In this document: piece after piece, positions 24,686 to 34,447 of the stretch
Numbering within the stretch: position 1 is the stretch's first letter
Layout of the letters: the number at the start of each line of letters is the position of its first letter
Assembly (NCBI GenBank): GCA_040753775.1
Contig: JBFMDT010000004.1
Location: 1 to 56,592 of the forward strand
DNA: 56,592 nt
From: Nanobdellota archaeon
GTDB lineage: Archaea; Nanobdellota; Nanobdellia; SCGC-AAA011-G17; JAFCDX01
Reading direction: 5' to 3'
The notes under the pieces: model-generated
Databases searched by the model: none
What the model saw: only the letters and a program-made list of their open reading frames with translations
Told to the model about the DNA's origin: nothing
Translations under genes and position numbers: made by a program

Positions 24686-26760
24686 TAGAACATGCACTCC
24701 GCGCAAATATGGCCTCCAGCATATTCTGAATGTGCCTTAACATAGGGCTCTATATACAAGACTTGCTTAGGTTTACTCCCGTATCTGTAAATCGTTATAC
24801 CCTTGCATTTAAGTTTATATGCCAATAGATATACCTTTCTAATATCCTCAACTGATGCATTCTTAGGAAGATTTATAGTTTTACTCACTGCATTGTCCGT
24901 ATACTTCTGGAAAGCTGCCTGATGCTTTATATGCCATTCTGGTTTAATATCTAGAGCGGTAACAAATAATTTTTTAATGTCTCTTGGAATTCCCTTGATT
25001 TTTTGTACAGATCCAACTTTAGCTATTTTTTCCATAAGCTCTCTGCTGTAGAATTTTCTTTCTTTTGCAATTCTTTCAAATTCAGGATTTATTTCCAGTA
25101 ATCTTGCTCCCTCTAAAACTTCCCTTACAAAAGATACAGAAAAAATTGGCTCTATTCCGCTGCTGCATCCGCTGATTATGCTTATTGTTCCTGTTGGCGC
25201 GATTGTTGTTAGTGCAGCATTTCTGAATGACTTGTATTTTCTCTTCCAAATACTCTTTTTGAAATTAGGAAAGTTTCCTCTTTTTCTTGCTAGTTCAACA
25301 GACATTTTTCTTGATTCATCTTGTATAAATTTCATTAATTTATTAGCTAGCTTTATTGCTTCATTGCTGTCATATCTTATACCTAATCTAATTACTGCTT
25401 CTGCCCACCCCATAATTCCTAATCCAATTCTCCTATTATTTTTGGTCATTTCATTTATCTTTTCTATTTGTGTTTCCTGAGCATCGATAACATTATCTAA
25501 GAAATGGACTCCTAATTTTACTAACCTACTTAGCTTTTCCCAATTTACTTTTTTCTTTTCTACAATCTTTATTAAATTAATACTCCCTAAAACACACGAT
25601 TCAAATGGGTATAGCGGTTCTTCGCCACAGGGATTAGTTGCTTCTATAGGGCCCAAGCTTGGAACAGAGTTTGTAATAGATTTATTAATCCTGTCAATGA
25701 ATATTAATCCAGGATCACCAGTTAGCCAAGCATTTTTAACAATTAAGTCAAATACTTTTCTTGCATTTAACTTTCTCACAACCTTCTTTGTTCTTGAATT
25801 TATTAATTCATAATCTTTATTTTTAAATACAGCATCCATAAAACTATCTGTAATTGCAACCGAAATATTAAAGTTAGTTAGTAATTTTTGGTTTTGCTTG
25901 ACAGATATAAATTCAAGTATATCTGGATGGTCGACTCTTAATATGCCCATCATAGCGCCACGACGTTTTCCTCCTTGTTTAATAACATCTGTTGTCATAT
26001 CAAAGATATTCATAAAACTTAATGGTCCACTAGCTACACCAGTAGTTGACCTCACAATATCCCCTTTTGGTCTCAATCTTGAAAAAGAAAACCCTACACC
26101 ACCACCTGCTTGTTCGATAAGTGCCATATTTTTAACAGCATCAAAAATACTTTCAAGGGAATCTTCAATAGGTAGAACAAAACATGCACTTAAAGCAAGT
26201 TTATTTTTAGTTCCAGCATTAAATAATACTGGACTGTTAGGTATAAACTCCAGATTCTTCATTGCATTATAAAATTCTTTCTCTGTTTTCTTAACATTGC
26301 CCCCGTATTTCTTGTCTATTGATGCAATGGCCCTTGCTACCCTATAAAATAATTGCCTTGGAGTTTCAATTATATTTTCATTTTCATTCCTTAGCAAATA
26401 TCTCTTCTGCAAAACTTTAATTGCATTTAGGCTTAGTATAGGTTCAAGCCTTATTTCTTTATATCCAGTTTCTAATCTCATTAACCTATGTCTTTCTCTA
26501 TAGATAACGTAAGCTCTTAGAACATTTAAGAAATTATTATTCAATAAAACTTCTTCAACTGTATCCTGTATATCTTCAACACTAGGAATTTCTCTTTTAA
26601 ACTTTTTATTAAGTATTTTTTTAACCTGTTTTGACAAAAAAGCTATCCTTCCTTTATCAGCAGTTTTAGTTGCAATAAATGCCTTTTTAATTGCATTAGT
26701 TATCTTAATCTGCCTATAAGAAACTAGTTTGCCATTTCTCTTTCTTACTTTAGAAATCAT
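24685..26760 (-). CDS. nrdJ: adenosylcobalamin-dependent (class II) ribonucleotide reductase with ATP-cone
   Basis: N-terminal ATP-cone (VRKRNGKLVSY), active-site NPCGEEPL, TIAPTGTIS, and a C-terminal Cys pair CAEC. 691 aa. Confidence 0.9.
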   Translation of the reverse strand: MISKVRKRNGKLVSYRQIKITNAIKKAFIATKTADKGRIAFLSKQVKKILNKKFKREIPSVEDIQDTVEEVLLNNNFLNVLRAYVIYRERHRLMRLETGYKEIRLEPILSLNAIKVLQKRYLLRNENENIIETPRQLFYRVARAIASIDKKYGGNVKKTEKEFYNAMKNLEFIPNSPVLFNAGTKNKLALSACFVLPIEDSLESIFDAVKNMALIEQAGGGVGFSFSRLRPKGDIVRSTTGVASGPLSFMNIFDMTTDVIKQGGKRRGAMMGILRVDHPDILEFISVKQNQKLLTNFNISVAITDSFMDAVFKNKDYELINSRTKKVVRKLNARKVFDLIVKNAWLTGDPGLIFIDRINKSITNSVPSLGPIEATNPCGEEPLYPFESCVLGSINLIKIVEKKKVNWEKLSRLVKLGVHFLDNVIDAQETQIEKINEMTKNNRRIGLGIMGWAEAVIRLGIRYDSNEAIKLANKLMKFIQDESRKMSVELARKRGNFPNFKKSIWKRKYKSFRNAALTTIAPTGTISIISGCSSGIEPIFSVSFVREVLEGARLLEINPEFERIAKERKFYSRELMEKIAKVGSVQKIKGIPRDIKKLFVTALDIKPEWHIKHQAAFQKYTDNAVSKTINLPKNASVEDIRKVYLLAYKLKCKGITIYRYGSKPKQVLYIEPYVKAHSEYAGGHICAECMF

Positions 26761-26786
26761 GTCACCTCTATAACTTAAACTATCCT

Positions 26787-27533
26787 TTATTTAAATAACT
26801 TTTGATAATTCTTATAAATCAATTTTTCAACCTCTTCTTTACTAGTATTTTTTACCTCGGCTATCTTCTTTATAGTTTCTGTAATAAAGCTAGGCTCATT
26901 TGATTTACCCTTAAAAGGGCTTAAGAAAGGAGCATCAGTCTCTGTTAAAATACTATCAGTTAGCTTAACAATATTCTGAAAATGCTCTAGTTTAATAATT
27001 GTGCATGGAATAGAAAAATACCACTTATTATCTATAATTCTGTTAATCAAATGCTTTCTTCCAGAGAAGCAGTGCATTACAATATTTTTATTTTTAGAGC
27101 TTTCAAGCATTTCTATAACTTCAAGCTCTGCATTTCTTGAATGAACTATCAAGGGCTTTTTTATTTTCTCACTAAGCTGAATAAACTTTTCAAAGCATTT
27201 CCTTTGCTTTTCTTTGTTTGTATCCGGATTTTTATAATCTAACCCAATTTCAGACAAAGCAATTATCTTGTCTTTATTTTTTTCTATAAATTCTATTTCC
27301 TTATCAAACTCCTCTTCAGAAATCTCTTCACAGTATGTTGGATAAAAACCTAAAGCAGCTTTAACTATATTATATTTTTTTGCTAATTCTAGACTTTCCC
27401 TATTACTTTTTTCTTCTGTACCACAATTTATTATAGCAACAACATTATTTTTTATAGCTCTTTTTATTATTTTATCAACATAAGAATTAATAGGTAGATA
27501 ACTCAGATGGCAGTGTACATCAATTAAAACCAT
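26787..27533 (-). CDS. tatD: TatD-family metal-dependent hydrolase
   Basis: IDVHCHL at the N-terminus, internal HSR and MHCFSG, and a TDAP motif. Confidence 0.85.
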   Translation of the reverse strand: MVLIDVHCHLSYLPINSYVDKIIKRAIKNNVVAIINCGTEEKSNRESLELAKKYNIVKAALGFYPTYCEEISEEEFDKEIEFIEKNKDKIIALSEIGLDYKNPDTNKEKQRKCFEKFIQLSEKIKKPLIVHSRNAELEVIEMLESSKNKNIVMHCFSGRKHLINRIIDNKWYFSIPCTIIKLEHFQNIVKLTDSILTETDAPFLSPFKGKSNEPSFITETIKKIAEVKNTSKEEVEKLIYKNYQKLFK

Positions 27534-28459
27534 TTCAACCTATCCTTAACAGCAGCGTAAATCAAAGGCAATGCAATTGTAGCATCGCAATAAACATCCA
27601 CAAATTTGCCCTTTTCATTCATTTTGCCCCATGAAATACCCTCTCTTAATTCTGCCCCAGAACTTCCACCATATTCAGGTCTGTCAGTTGTAATTTGTAT
27701 TCCATAATCAGCACCATCTTGCTTGTCAGAGAACTGCATTGCCTGCTGAATATAATTCTTTGGAACCCCGCCACCAACATAAAATATACCCCTTTTTTTA
27801 GATGTCCATGCAATGTCAACAATTTCTTTTAAATCAGCAAAAGCATCTACTTCTATTTTCTTCCCTTTTGCCAAATTGCCCCAAATCATCATCCCAATCC
27901 CAGAATCAGAAATAGCTGGGCAGAATATGGGTATCTTCTTTTCATAGCATATCTTTAATATCGAATCCTTGCTGTTAACATATTTGCCAATCTCCCATAA
28001 GAATTCCTTGACATCCATCTTCTTTCTTGGCAGCCTTTCAACTAAGAAATCAAAAAATTTCTCTAAAGTAATATATACCTTATCCTGCATATAGCTCTCA
28101 TAAATTCTGTCTATTTTCTCTTTATGCAATTTTTTATCATCAACATTTGCACTTCCTTTGTAATGCCTGTGCCCAAGAGCCTCAATTAAGTCATGCGTTA
28201 AATTAGCCCCCGTTGTTACAAAAACATGTATATAGCCGTTCTTTAGCATGTCAATCACTACATTTTTCATCCCGCCAGGTACCATTGCCCCAGCAAAACC
28301 AAAAAATATCTTGCATTCTTTGTCTTTAAGCATTTCTTCAAAAATATTAGCAGCTTTAGCAATTCTTCCAGCGCCAAAAACACCACTTCGAGACATTTCC
28401 TTAACTAATTCATTTACCTTCATTCCATTTTTGATATTAATTTGATTAACAGGTTCCAT
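27524..28459 (-). CDS. dys: deoxyhypusine synthase
   Basis: GAGRIAKAANI...FFGFAGAMVPGGMK...TTGANLTHD...ISWGK pattern. Start moved to MEPVNQ (28459) to avoid overlapping the divergent gene. Confidence 0.85.
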   Translation of the reverse strand: MEPVNQINIKNGMKVNELVKEMSRSGVFGAGRIAKAANIFEEMLKDKECKIFFGFAGAMVPGGMKNVVIDMLKNGYIHVFVTTGANLTHDLIEALGHRHYKGSANVDDKKLHKEKIDRIYESYMQDKVYITLEKFFDFLVERLPRKKMDVKEFLWEIGKYVNSKDSILKICYEKKIPIFCPAISDSGIGMMIWGNLAKGKKIEVDAFADLKEIVDIAWTSKKRGIFYVGGGVPKNYIQQAMQFSDKQDGADYGIQITTDRPEYGGSSGAELREGISWGKMNEKGKFVDVYCDATIALPLIYAAVKDRLKWF

Positions 28460-28511
28460 GCTTAATTGACAAACAAAATAATTTATAAATCTTCTCTTTA
28501 TAATCATTTGA

Positions 28512-29600
28512 ATGTTAAGTATATACATTAAGACCTATGGTTGTGCAGCAAATTATGATGACTCTGCATTGCTAGCTGGGCTTCTAAAGAAAAATGGTTA
28601 CAAGTTAACAAATAATGCCAGTTCCTCAGACATAATAATCATTAATAGTTGTGTTGTCAAAGACAGGACTTATGCAAGAGAGTTTTATGAAATTAAAAAA
28701 ATTAAAGAGGATTTTCCAAATAAAAAGCTTGTAATAGCTGGCTGCATGGCAGAATCTGAGTCTAAAAAACTAAAAAAACTATTTCCAGATGCATTGCTAG
28801 TAAGCCCGCAACACATTACAGACATAATTAATGTTCTTAAGGAAAATACAGATGCCCTTGGGAAGAGAAGGGAATCAAAATTAGGATTGCCAAAAATAAT
28901 AACAAAAACACCAACAGTGCAGATCGCTTATGGTTGTAATTCTTATTGCACCTTCTGCGAAACAAAGTTGGCAAAAGGGCCATTAGTTTCATTCCAAGAA
29001 AATGATATAATTAATGAAATAAAAAATTATATTAAAAATGGTTATAAAAGAATCAATCTAACTTCAACAGACAATGGATGCTATGGAATGGACATAAAAA
29101 CTTCTTTGCCAAATTTGCTTAAAAAAATAATAAAACCAAAAGGAGATTTTAAAATAAGGGTAGGTATGATGAATCCAGAGCATGTCAAAAAATTCTTGAA
29201 TGAGCTAATTGAAATCTATAAATCAAGAAACATAATCAAGTTCTTGCATATTCCTGTTCAAAGCGGCTCAAACAAAGTTTTAAAGGACATGAACAGAAAA
29301 TATACTGTACAAGAATTTAAAAAAATAGTTACAGAATTCAGAAAAAATATACCTAATCTAACAATAAGCACAGATATAATTTTAGGTTACCCAACAGAAA
29401 CAAAGAAGGATTTTCAACAAACCATTAACTTAATAAAACAAATCAAGCCAGAAGTTCTTAATATCTCCAAATTCAGCCCAAGACCAGGAACAAAAACAGC
29501 TAAATTAAAATTGCTTCCAACGCAAGAAGTAAAGAGAAGGTCAGTAATAACAACCAAAATTTTTAATAAAATAAGAAAAAGTAGGAAATGTTTTATTTAA
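28512..29600 (+). CDS. radical SAM methylthiotransferase (MiaB/RimO/CDKAL1 family), short C-terminus
   Basis: UPF0004 N-domain (IKTYGCAANYDDS...INSCVV...GCM), radical SAM YGCNSYCTFC. Only 362 aa, so the TRAM region looks truncated. Confidence 0.8.
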   Translation: MLSIYIKTYGCAANYDDSALLAGLLKKNGYKLTNNASSSDIIIINSCVVKDRTYAREFYEIKKIKEDFPNKKLVIAGCMAESESKKLKKLFPDALLVSPQHITDIINVLKENTDALGKRRESKLGLPKIITKTPTVQIAYGCNSYCTFCETKLAKGPLVSFQENDIINEIKNYIKNGYKRINLTSTDNGCYGMDIKTSLPNLLKKIIKPKGDFKIRVGMMNPEHVKKFLNELIEIYKSRNIIKFLHIPVQSGSNKVLKDMNRKYTVQEFKKIVTEFRKNIPNLTISTDIILGYPTETKKDFQQTINLIKQIKPEVLNISKFSPRPGTKTAKLKLLPTQEVKRRSVITTKIFNKIRKSRKCFI

Positions 29601-29654
29601 CTATGGGCTGTTATCTCCACCGCCACCACCATTTCCTCCACCATTCATTTCAAA

Positions 29655-30476
29655 TCACCTCTTTACCACCCTTTCTGCAGGTTCTAGGTCTTTCCATGAA
29701 TTACTAACTAAACCCTCAAGCGCAGCTGCAAAATATGGCGAATTAGCCCATATTCCAACATCATAGCTTGGGTGCACCTCATCATCATTCAGCACCATAA
29801 ACAAAACTTCCTTACTATCAACTATACAGAACCTTGCGTTTAATTTATTAGAATGCCTTATATCAGCCAATTTTCCCATAATGTCCACTACATTGCTGTG
29901 CTCTTTTGTTATAGGAGCAGCTATCCTTACTCTAACGTTTTTCTTCTTTAATTTTTCAAATAATGGCTTTAGTGTTTCAATCTTTCTTAGGATTCCTTTT
30001 GAAGTTGTCAGTATTGTCACGCTCTTTTCAGCATTCTTGACCATGCTTTCCAAATGAGAATACAAATTATGCCTTCCCTTTATTGCCCCGCTTAAGTCAG
30101 TTGGCTCAACAAATTCTATTCCTTGCTTATGCAAAGTTTCTAATTCCTTCAGCACTTCATTATTATTTAATTCCTTTAGTTTGTCTATGTCCTCTTCTGC
30201 TCTTATTCTTATAAGCTTCTTGACTCTCTCAACAACTTCCTTTGGCTCTACTGCAACATATTTTATTGGCTTTCCAAACTTCATCACAACAAAGCCCTTC
30301 TTTTCCAGACTCTCAAGGATATCATAAGCCCTACTTCTCGGAACATCCCCTATCTCAGATAATTCACCAGCAGCAGAAACCCCCCTCGATAATAATGCAG
30401 TCCAGATTTTAACCTCATATAAGTTTAAGCCAAAAAAACGTCTTAATTTGCTAAGAAATTCCTCTTTTACAATCAT
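29655..30476 (-). CDS. TrmB-family transcriptional regulator
   Basis: LYEVKIWTALLSRGVSAAGELSEIGDVPRSRAYDILESLEKKGFV wHTH plus a C-terminal TrmB domain. GGAGG lies 8-14 nt upstream of the ATG. Confidence 0.85.
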   Translation of the reverse strand: MIVKEEFLSKLRRFFGLNLYEVKIWTALLSRGVSAAGELSEIGDVPRSRAYDILESLEKKGFVVMKFGKPIKYVAVEPKEVVERVKKLIRIRAEEDIDKLKELNNNEVLKELETLHKQGIEFVEPTDLSGAIKGRHNLYSHLESMVKNAEKSVTILTTSKGILRKIETLKPLFEKLKKKNVRVRIAAPITKEHSNVVDIMGKLADIRHSNKLNARFCIVDSKEVLFMVLNDDEVHPSYDVGIWANSPYFAAALEGLVSNSWKDLEPAERVVKR

Positions 30477-30553
30477 TAGGCAACCCCTCCTGAGATATGC
30501 ACCCCTTCTTTTTTAATTGATAAACATTTTTTGTTACTTATTAGCAATTTATT

Positions 30554-30567
30554 CATTGTAACGTTAA
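30554..30567 (-). promoter_or_regulatory. conserved box CATTGTAACGTTAA, copy 2
   Basis: Identical to 130-143. Lies 77 nt upstream of the TrmB ATG at 30476. Confidence 0.45.
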
Positions 30568-30634
30568 CATAATAGTAAATCTACTTATATATAAACATTT
30601 TTATCATGCAGTTGTAGTATTAAATTATAAAATT

Positions 30635-32311
30635 TTATTTCTTTTTTCCTCTTTGTGATTTGTATATTCTTTCTATGATTTTTATGTCAGAAATTTCATC
30701 AATTGGTTTCTCCTCGCGCAAAAGAAAAACCCTTGGAAATCTTAATGCATAACCTGAGCTGTAACTAGGGCTTTTTTGTATCTCTTCATAGCCAACCTCT
30801 ATTACAATCTTAGGCCTGACAGTTACTTCCTTACCATCCTCCTTGATTATTAAAGGCTTAAGCAGTTTTGTCATCTTTTCATAAGTAACGCCTTCAGCTT
30901 TCTCTTTTACACCAGTGCTTACCTTGCCTATTTCGAGTAATTCTCCATCCTTCTGGCAGGCAACAGTATAACTGCTCAGTGTTTTAGCCCTCTTGCCTTC
31001 GCCATATTCAGCTTTAACTATAGCTAAATCCAAAGGCTCTAAAACACTCTTGAGTTTGCACCATCCGCCAACGTACCTTCCTGGCTTGTAAGTTGATTTC
31101 AGATTCTTTAACATAACTCCTTCAACACCGCTTGCAAGAGCCTTTTTAAAGAATTTATTTGCCTCCTTTTCATCAGACGTAACTAATTTTTTTGTTAAAA
31201 CAATCTTTCCCTTTACCTCATCAACAATCTTCTCCAATAAAGTCCTTCTTTCCCGTAATGTTTCATTCATAAGGCTTTTTCCATTATAGTAAATGACATC
31301 AAAAATATTAAGCTCAACAGGCAACTTATTTACCATCTCTTCAATATTATATTTTCTCTTAATCCTTTGGGAAATCTCCTGGAATGGCCTGTATCTGCCC
31401 GTTTTTTTGTTAATACCAGCAACTTCGCAATCTAGAATAAAACTGTTCCCTTTAACATATTTTTTAACATATTCAACAGCCTCAGGAAACTGTTTTGTTA
31501 CATCCTCCATTCTTCTTGTAAACAGCCTGATTTCATTATCCTTTTTATGAACCTCTAAACGAAAGCCATCGATTTTAAACTCTAATTGGATGGGCTTACC
31601 TAAAGCTTCAAAACCCTCATTTATATTTTCAACAAGAATTGCAAGCATTAACTTAAGTGGTCTTCCTGGTGTTAAGCCAAAACTCCCCAATCTCCCGCTT
31701 TTGACAGCCTCGGCTACCTTGCCATAATCTACAGTTAAATCAAAAGCCTTCTCCACATCTTCAATATTTTTATTAAACGCCTTGGCAATAGCATCCCTGA
31801 CAATGCCCTCAGCAACGCCTATTCTTAGCTGTTCAAGTATAAATTTAACAATGTAATTTGCCTCTTCAGGGGTTGTATGTGTTAACAGCTCTGTAACAAT
31901 CCCTATCTTTTTTTCAACAGTCCCCTCTCCGCTTAATTCAGTTAGTTTTCTTATATTCTCAATAACTTCATCTGTTGTAAAACTCTTTTTTTCTAGTGTA
32001 GATTGTTTCTTCTTTTTGAGAAGCTCTTCAGCAACTAGTCCTAAATCCCCTTTTTTGCTAAATAGTTCTTTAACATTTTTGAGCTCTTCGCCAGAAGCCC
32101 TTGCAATAGATTTAATAATTAAATTGTCACTAAATCCAATTTTTCTTTCATCCCATTCAGGAAACACCCTCCCTTCTATGAGATAAACAAGATTTGCAAT
32201 TTCCTTGGCAGAAGCCTCTTTTAGCACTTTGGCTATAATCTCTGTTTTTTCTAATTTTTTTGTAGTTGCTTCCAATTCCTTATAGATTTTAACAAGTTTT
32301 AAATATTCCAT
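30635..32311 (-). CDS. lig: ATP-dependent DNA ligase
   Basis: Motif I EFKIDGFRLEVH (KxDG), DCEV, and a C-terminal OB-domain pattern. 558 aa. Confidence 0.9.
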   Translation of the reverse strand: MEYLKLVKIYKELEATTKKLEKTEIIAKVLKEASAKEIANLVYLIEGRVFPEWDERKIGFSDNLIIKSIARASGEELKNVKELFSKKGDLGLVAEELLKKKKQSTLEKKSFTTDEVIENIRKLTELSGEGTVEKKIGIVTELLTHTTPEEANYIVKFILEQLRIGVAEGIVRDAIAKAFNKNIEDVEKAFDLTVDYGKVAEAVKSGRLGSFGLTPGRPLKLMLAILVENINEGFEALGKPIQLEFKIDGFRLEVHKKDNEIRLFTRRMEDVTKQFPEAVEYVKKYVKGNSFILDCEVAGINKKTGRYRPFQEISQRIKRKYNIEEMVNKLPVELNIFDVIYYNGKSLMNETLRERRTLLEKIVDEVKGKIVLTKKLVTSDEKEANKFFKKALASGVEGVMLKNLKSTYKPGRYVGGWCKLKSVLEPLDLAIVKAEYGEGKRAKTLSSYTVACQKDGELLEIGKVSTGVKEKAEGVTYEKMTKLLKPLIIKEDGKEVTVRPKIVIEVGYEEIQKSPSYSSGYALRFPRVFLLREEKPIDEISDIKIIERIYKSQRGKKK

Positions 32312-32352
32312 AATACTTCAAGTTCTATTAAAGATAAAAAGGTTTTGGTATA

Positions 32353-32934
32353 ATGGACCTTGATAAATGCATTAAAGAACGCAGATCCGTAAGATCCTAT
32401 CTCGAAAAAGAAGTGGAGCATGAAAAAATAGCTAAGCTTATATACAGCGCAAGATATGCTCCTTCATCAGGCAATCTGCAGAACTGGCGGTTTATAATAG
32501 TAAAAGACAGCAAAAAAAGAAACGAAATAGCTATAGCATGCCTTAAGCAGCATTGGATGGCAGAAGCTCCTGTTCATATAGTTGTTTGTAATAAAGTTGA
32601 GGATGTTAAAAGATTTTATGGCTCAAAAGGCGAGTTTATCTATTCCATACATAACTGCGCAGCTGCTATTGAAAACCTTCTTTTAACAGCATATTCTCTT
32701 AAATTAGGAACTTGTTGGGTTGGTGCCTTTGATGAAAATGCTATTAAAAAAATACTAAGGATACCTAATGACATTAAAGTAGAAGCCATAATCACTGTTG
32801 GCTACCCAAAAGACAAGGAAGAGCCTGCAGAAAGGTATAATCTAGATTCTATAACCTTCTTTGAAGAATGGGGAAAGTATGAAAAAGACAGAGAAAGAAT
32901 AAACAAATTTAAGTTATTCAAAAAATTATACTAA
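32353..32934 (+). CDS. nitroreductase-family flavoprotein
   Basis: RRSVRSY, PSSGNLQNWRF, and GTCWVGAF signatures. Confidence 0.85.
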   Translation: MDLDKCIKERRSVRSYLEKEVEHEKIAKLIYSARYAPSSGNLQNWRFIIVKDSKKRNEIAIACLKQHWMAEAPVHIVVCNKVEDVKRFYGSKGEFIYSIHNCAAAIENLLLTAYSLKLGTCWVGAFDENAIKKILRIPNDIKVEAIITVGYPKDKEEPAERYNLDSITFFEEWGKYEKDRERINKFKLFKKLY

Positions 32935-32959
32935 ATATTATCTTATTAAAAAAAGAAAA

Positions 32960-32985
32960 AAGCTAATGCATGAAGGCATTAGCTT
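32960..32985 (-). terminator. 10-bp hairpin AAGCTAATGC-(6 nt)-GCATTAGCTT followed on the minus strand by a T-run
   Basis: Read directly. Lies between the convergent nitroreductase and ftsZ genes. On the minus strand the hairpin is followed by TTTTTCTTTTTTT. Confidence 0.5.
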
Positions 32986-33044
32986 CAAAATCAAGGTACG
33001 GCAATTCAAAGGGGGGTTAAAGTCTCTTCTCTTTGCCTACTTGA

Positions 33045-34118
33045 CTATCTAATTACATCAATTCCAAGTTCTTGACTCATGCGTTCAGCCTTAGCTACTT
33101 GAGCCTTTTTATCAGCCTTTCCAAGGATATATGGCGAGTTTACTCCAGTGATAATAGTCATGATTCTTAGTTTTCCAGTCATATTTTCGTCAATTCTTGC
33201 TCCCCATATAACATTTGCATCTTGGTCCAAGGCTTCTGTAACCATTTCTCCAACCCTGTTTACTTCATCTAGTGTAAGGTCTGTTCCTCCAGTTACATGT
33301 ATAAGAGCCCCAGTTGCTCCTTCATAACTCACATCAAGCAATGGGTTTGTCAATGCCCTTTTTGTTGATTCCTCTACTCTGTGTTCAGAATCGCTCTCTC
33401 CAACTCCAATTACAGAAACATCTCCATTCGCCATAATTGCCTTGACATCTGCGTAATCCAAGTTAACAAGGCTAGGCACTGCAATTGTTTCTACTATTCC
33501 TTTGATCATAGTTGCTATAAGCTCGTTAGCAACTGCAAATGCTTGGGTTACTGGCAAGTTACCAGCTATTTTAACCAGCAAGTTATTGTCTATTACTATT
33601 ACAGTATCGCTAACCTGCCTTAATTGCTGCAACCCAAATTCTGCCTTGTCTATTCTTGCTCTTTCAATATCAAAAGGCATTGTTACAGTTCCTATGACAA
33701 TAGCTCCAACTTCTTTGGCTATCTCTGCTACAACAGGAGCAGCTCCAGTACCGGTTCCACCTCCTTGTCCCGCACAAACAAATACCATATCAACATCCTT
33801 TAGTGCTTCCTTTATCTCTTGTATAGTCTCTTTAGCAGCCTCTCTTCCCTTTTCCATAAATCCGCCACAGCCAAGCCCCTTTGTCAGGTTTCTTCCTATC
33901 AATATTTTTTTATCAGCACTTGTTATGTCCAAATGCTGCTTGTCTGTATTCATAGCAATAATCTCTGCACCCTTTATTCCCTTTTTGTATAACCAGCTAA
34001 TAGCATTACTGCCAGCTCCACCAATACCTATGACTTTAATATTGGCCTGTCCTACAACGTCTATGTTTTGGAATTGATCTTTAGCGCTTTGTAACGCATT
34101 TTGTATTATAAACTCCAT
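33045..34118 (-). CDS. ftsZ: cell division GTPase FtsZ
   Basis: GIGGAGSNA and the tubulin signature GGGTGTGAAPVVA. Confidence 0.95.
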   Translation of the reverse strand: MEFIIQNALQSAKDQFQNIDVVGQANIKVIGIGGAGSNAISWLYKKGIKGAEIIAMNTDKQHLDITSADKKILIGRNLTKGLGCGGFMEKGREAAKETIQEIKEALKDVDMVFVCAGQGGGTGTGAAPVVAEIAKEVGAIVIGTVTMPFDIERARIDKAEFGLQQLRQVSDTVIVIDNNLLVKIAGNLPVTQAFAVANELIATMIKGIVETIAVPSLVNLDYADVKAIMANGDVSVIGVGESDSEHRVEESTKRALTNPLLDVSYEGATGALIHVTGGTDLTLDEVNRVGEMVTEALDQDANVIWGARIDENMTGKLRIMTIITGVNSPYILGKADKKAQVAKAERMSQELGIDVIR

Positions 34119-34447
34119 ATTTTTTCTCTCCCCCTTAGTACGATTATTATTCTTGAAGTTATAGTTTCCAAAACAATAAAGTTTATATTTAAGTTAAACT
34201 ACAACCTCTTTAGAAAGAGTTTTAATTGCCCAAATTGAAGCTCTAACTATAATAAGAATTTAGGTACAACTTCATTTCAACGCCCAAAAGCAGGTTAACG
34301 CCCAAATTAACTGCTTTACGAAATGAAAGTTAGCTAATTTTATTAATTATTTATATCTACTTTTAATATATAAACATTTTTAATCTATAAAATATATTTT
34401 GCAGAATATAAATTTTATTATTAATGCTATAATTTCTCATAAAGTCA

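Noticed and set aside
29601-29654. 15-codon Gly-rich minus-strand mini-ORF (MNGGGNGGGGGDNSP)
   Set aside because: It is too short and low-complexity, and it sits in the spacer between convergent genes.
33502-34077. 191-aa ORF antisense to ftsZ, and similar long antisense ORFs (14329-14784, 1877-2200, 25898-26272)
   Set aside because: These are low-complexity Ala/Pro/Ser/Ile-rich translations lying fully inside well-supported genes on the other strand. They are the typical shadow ORFs of AT-rich genomes.
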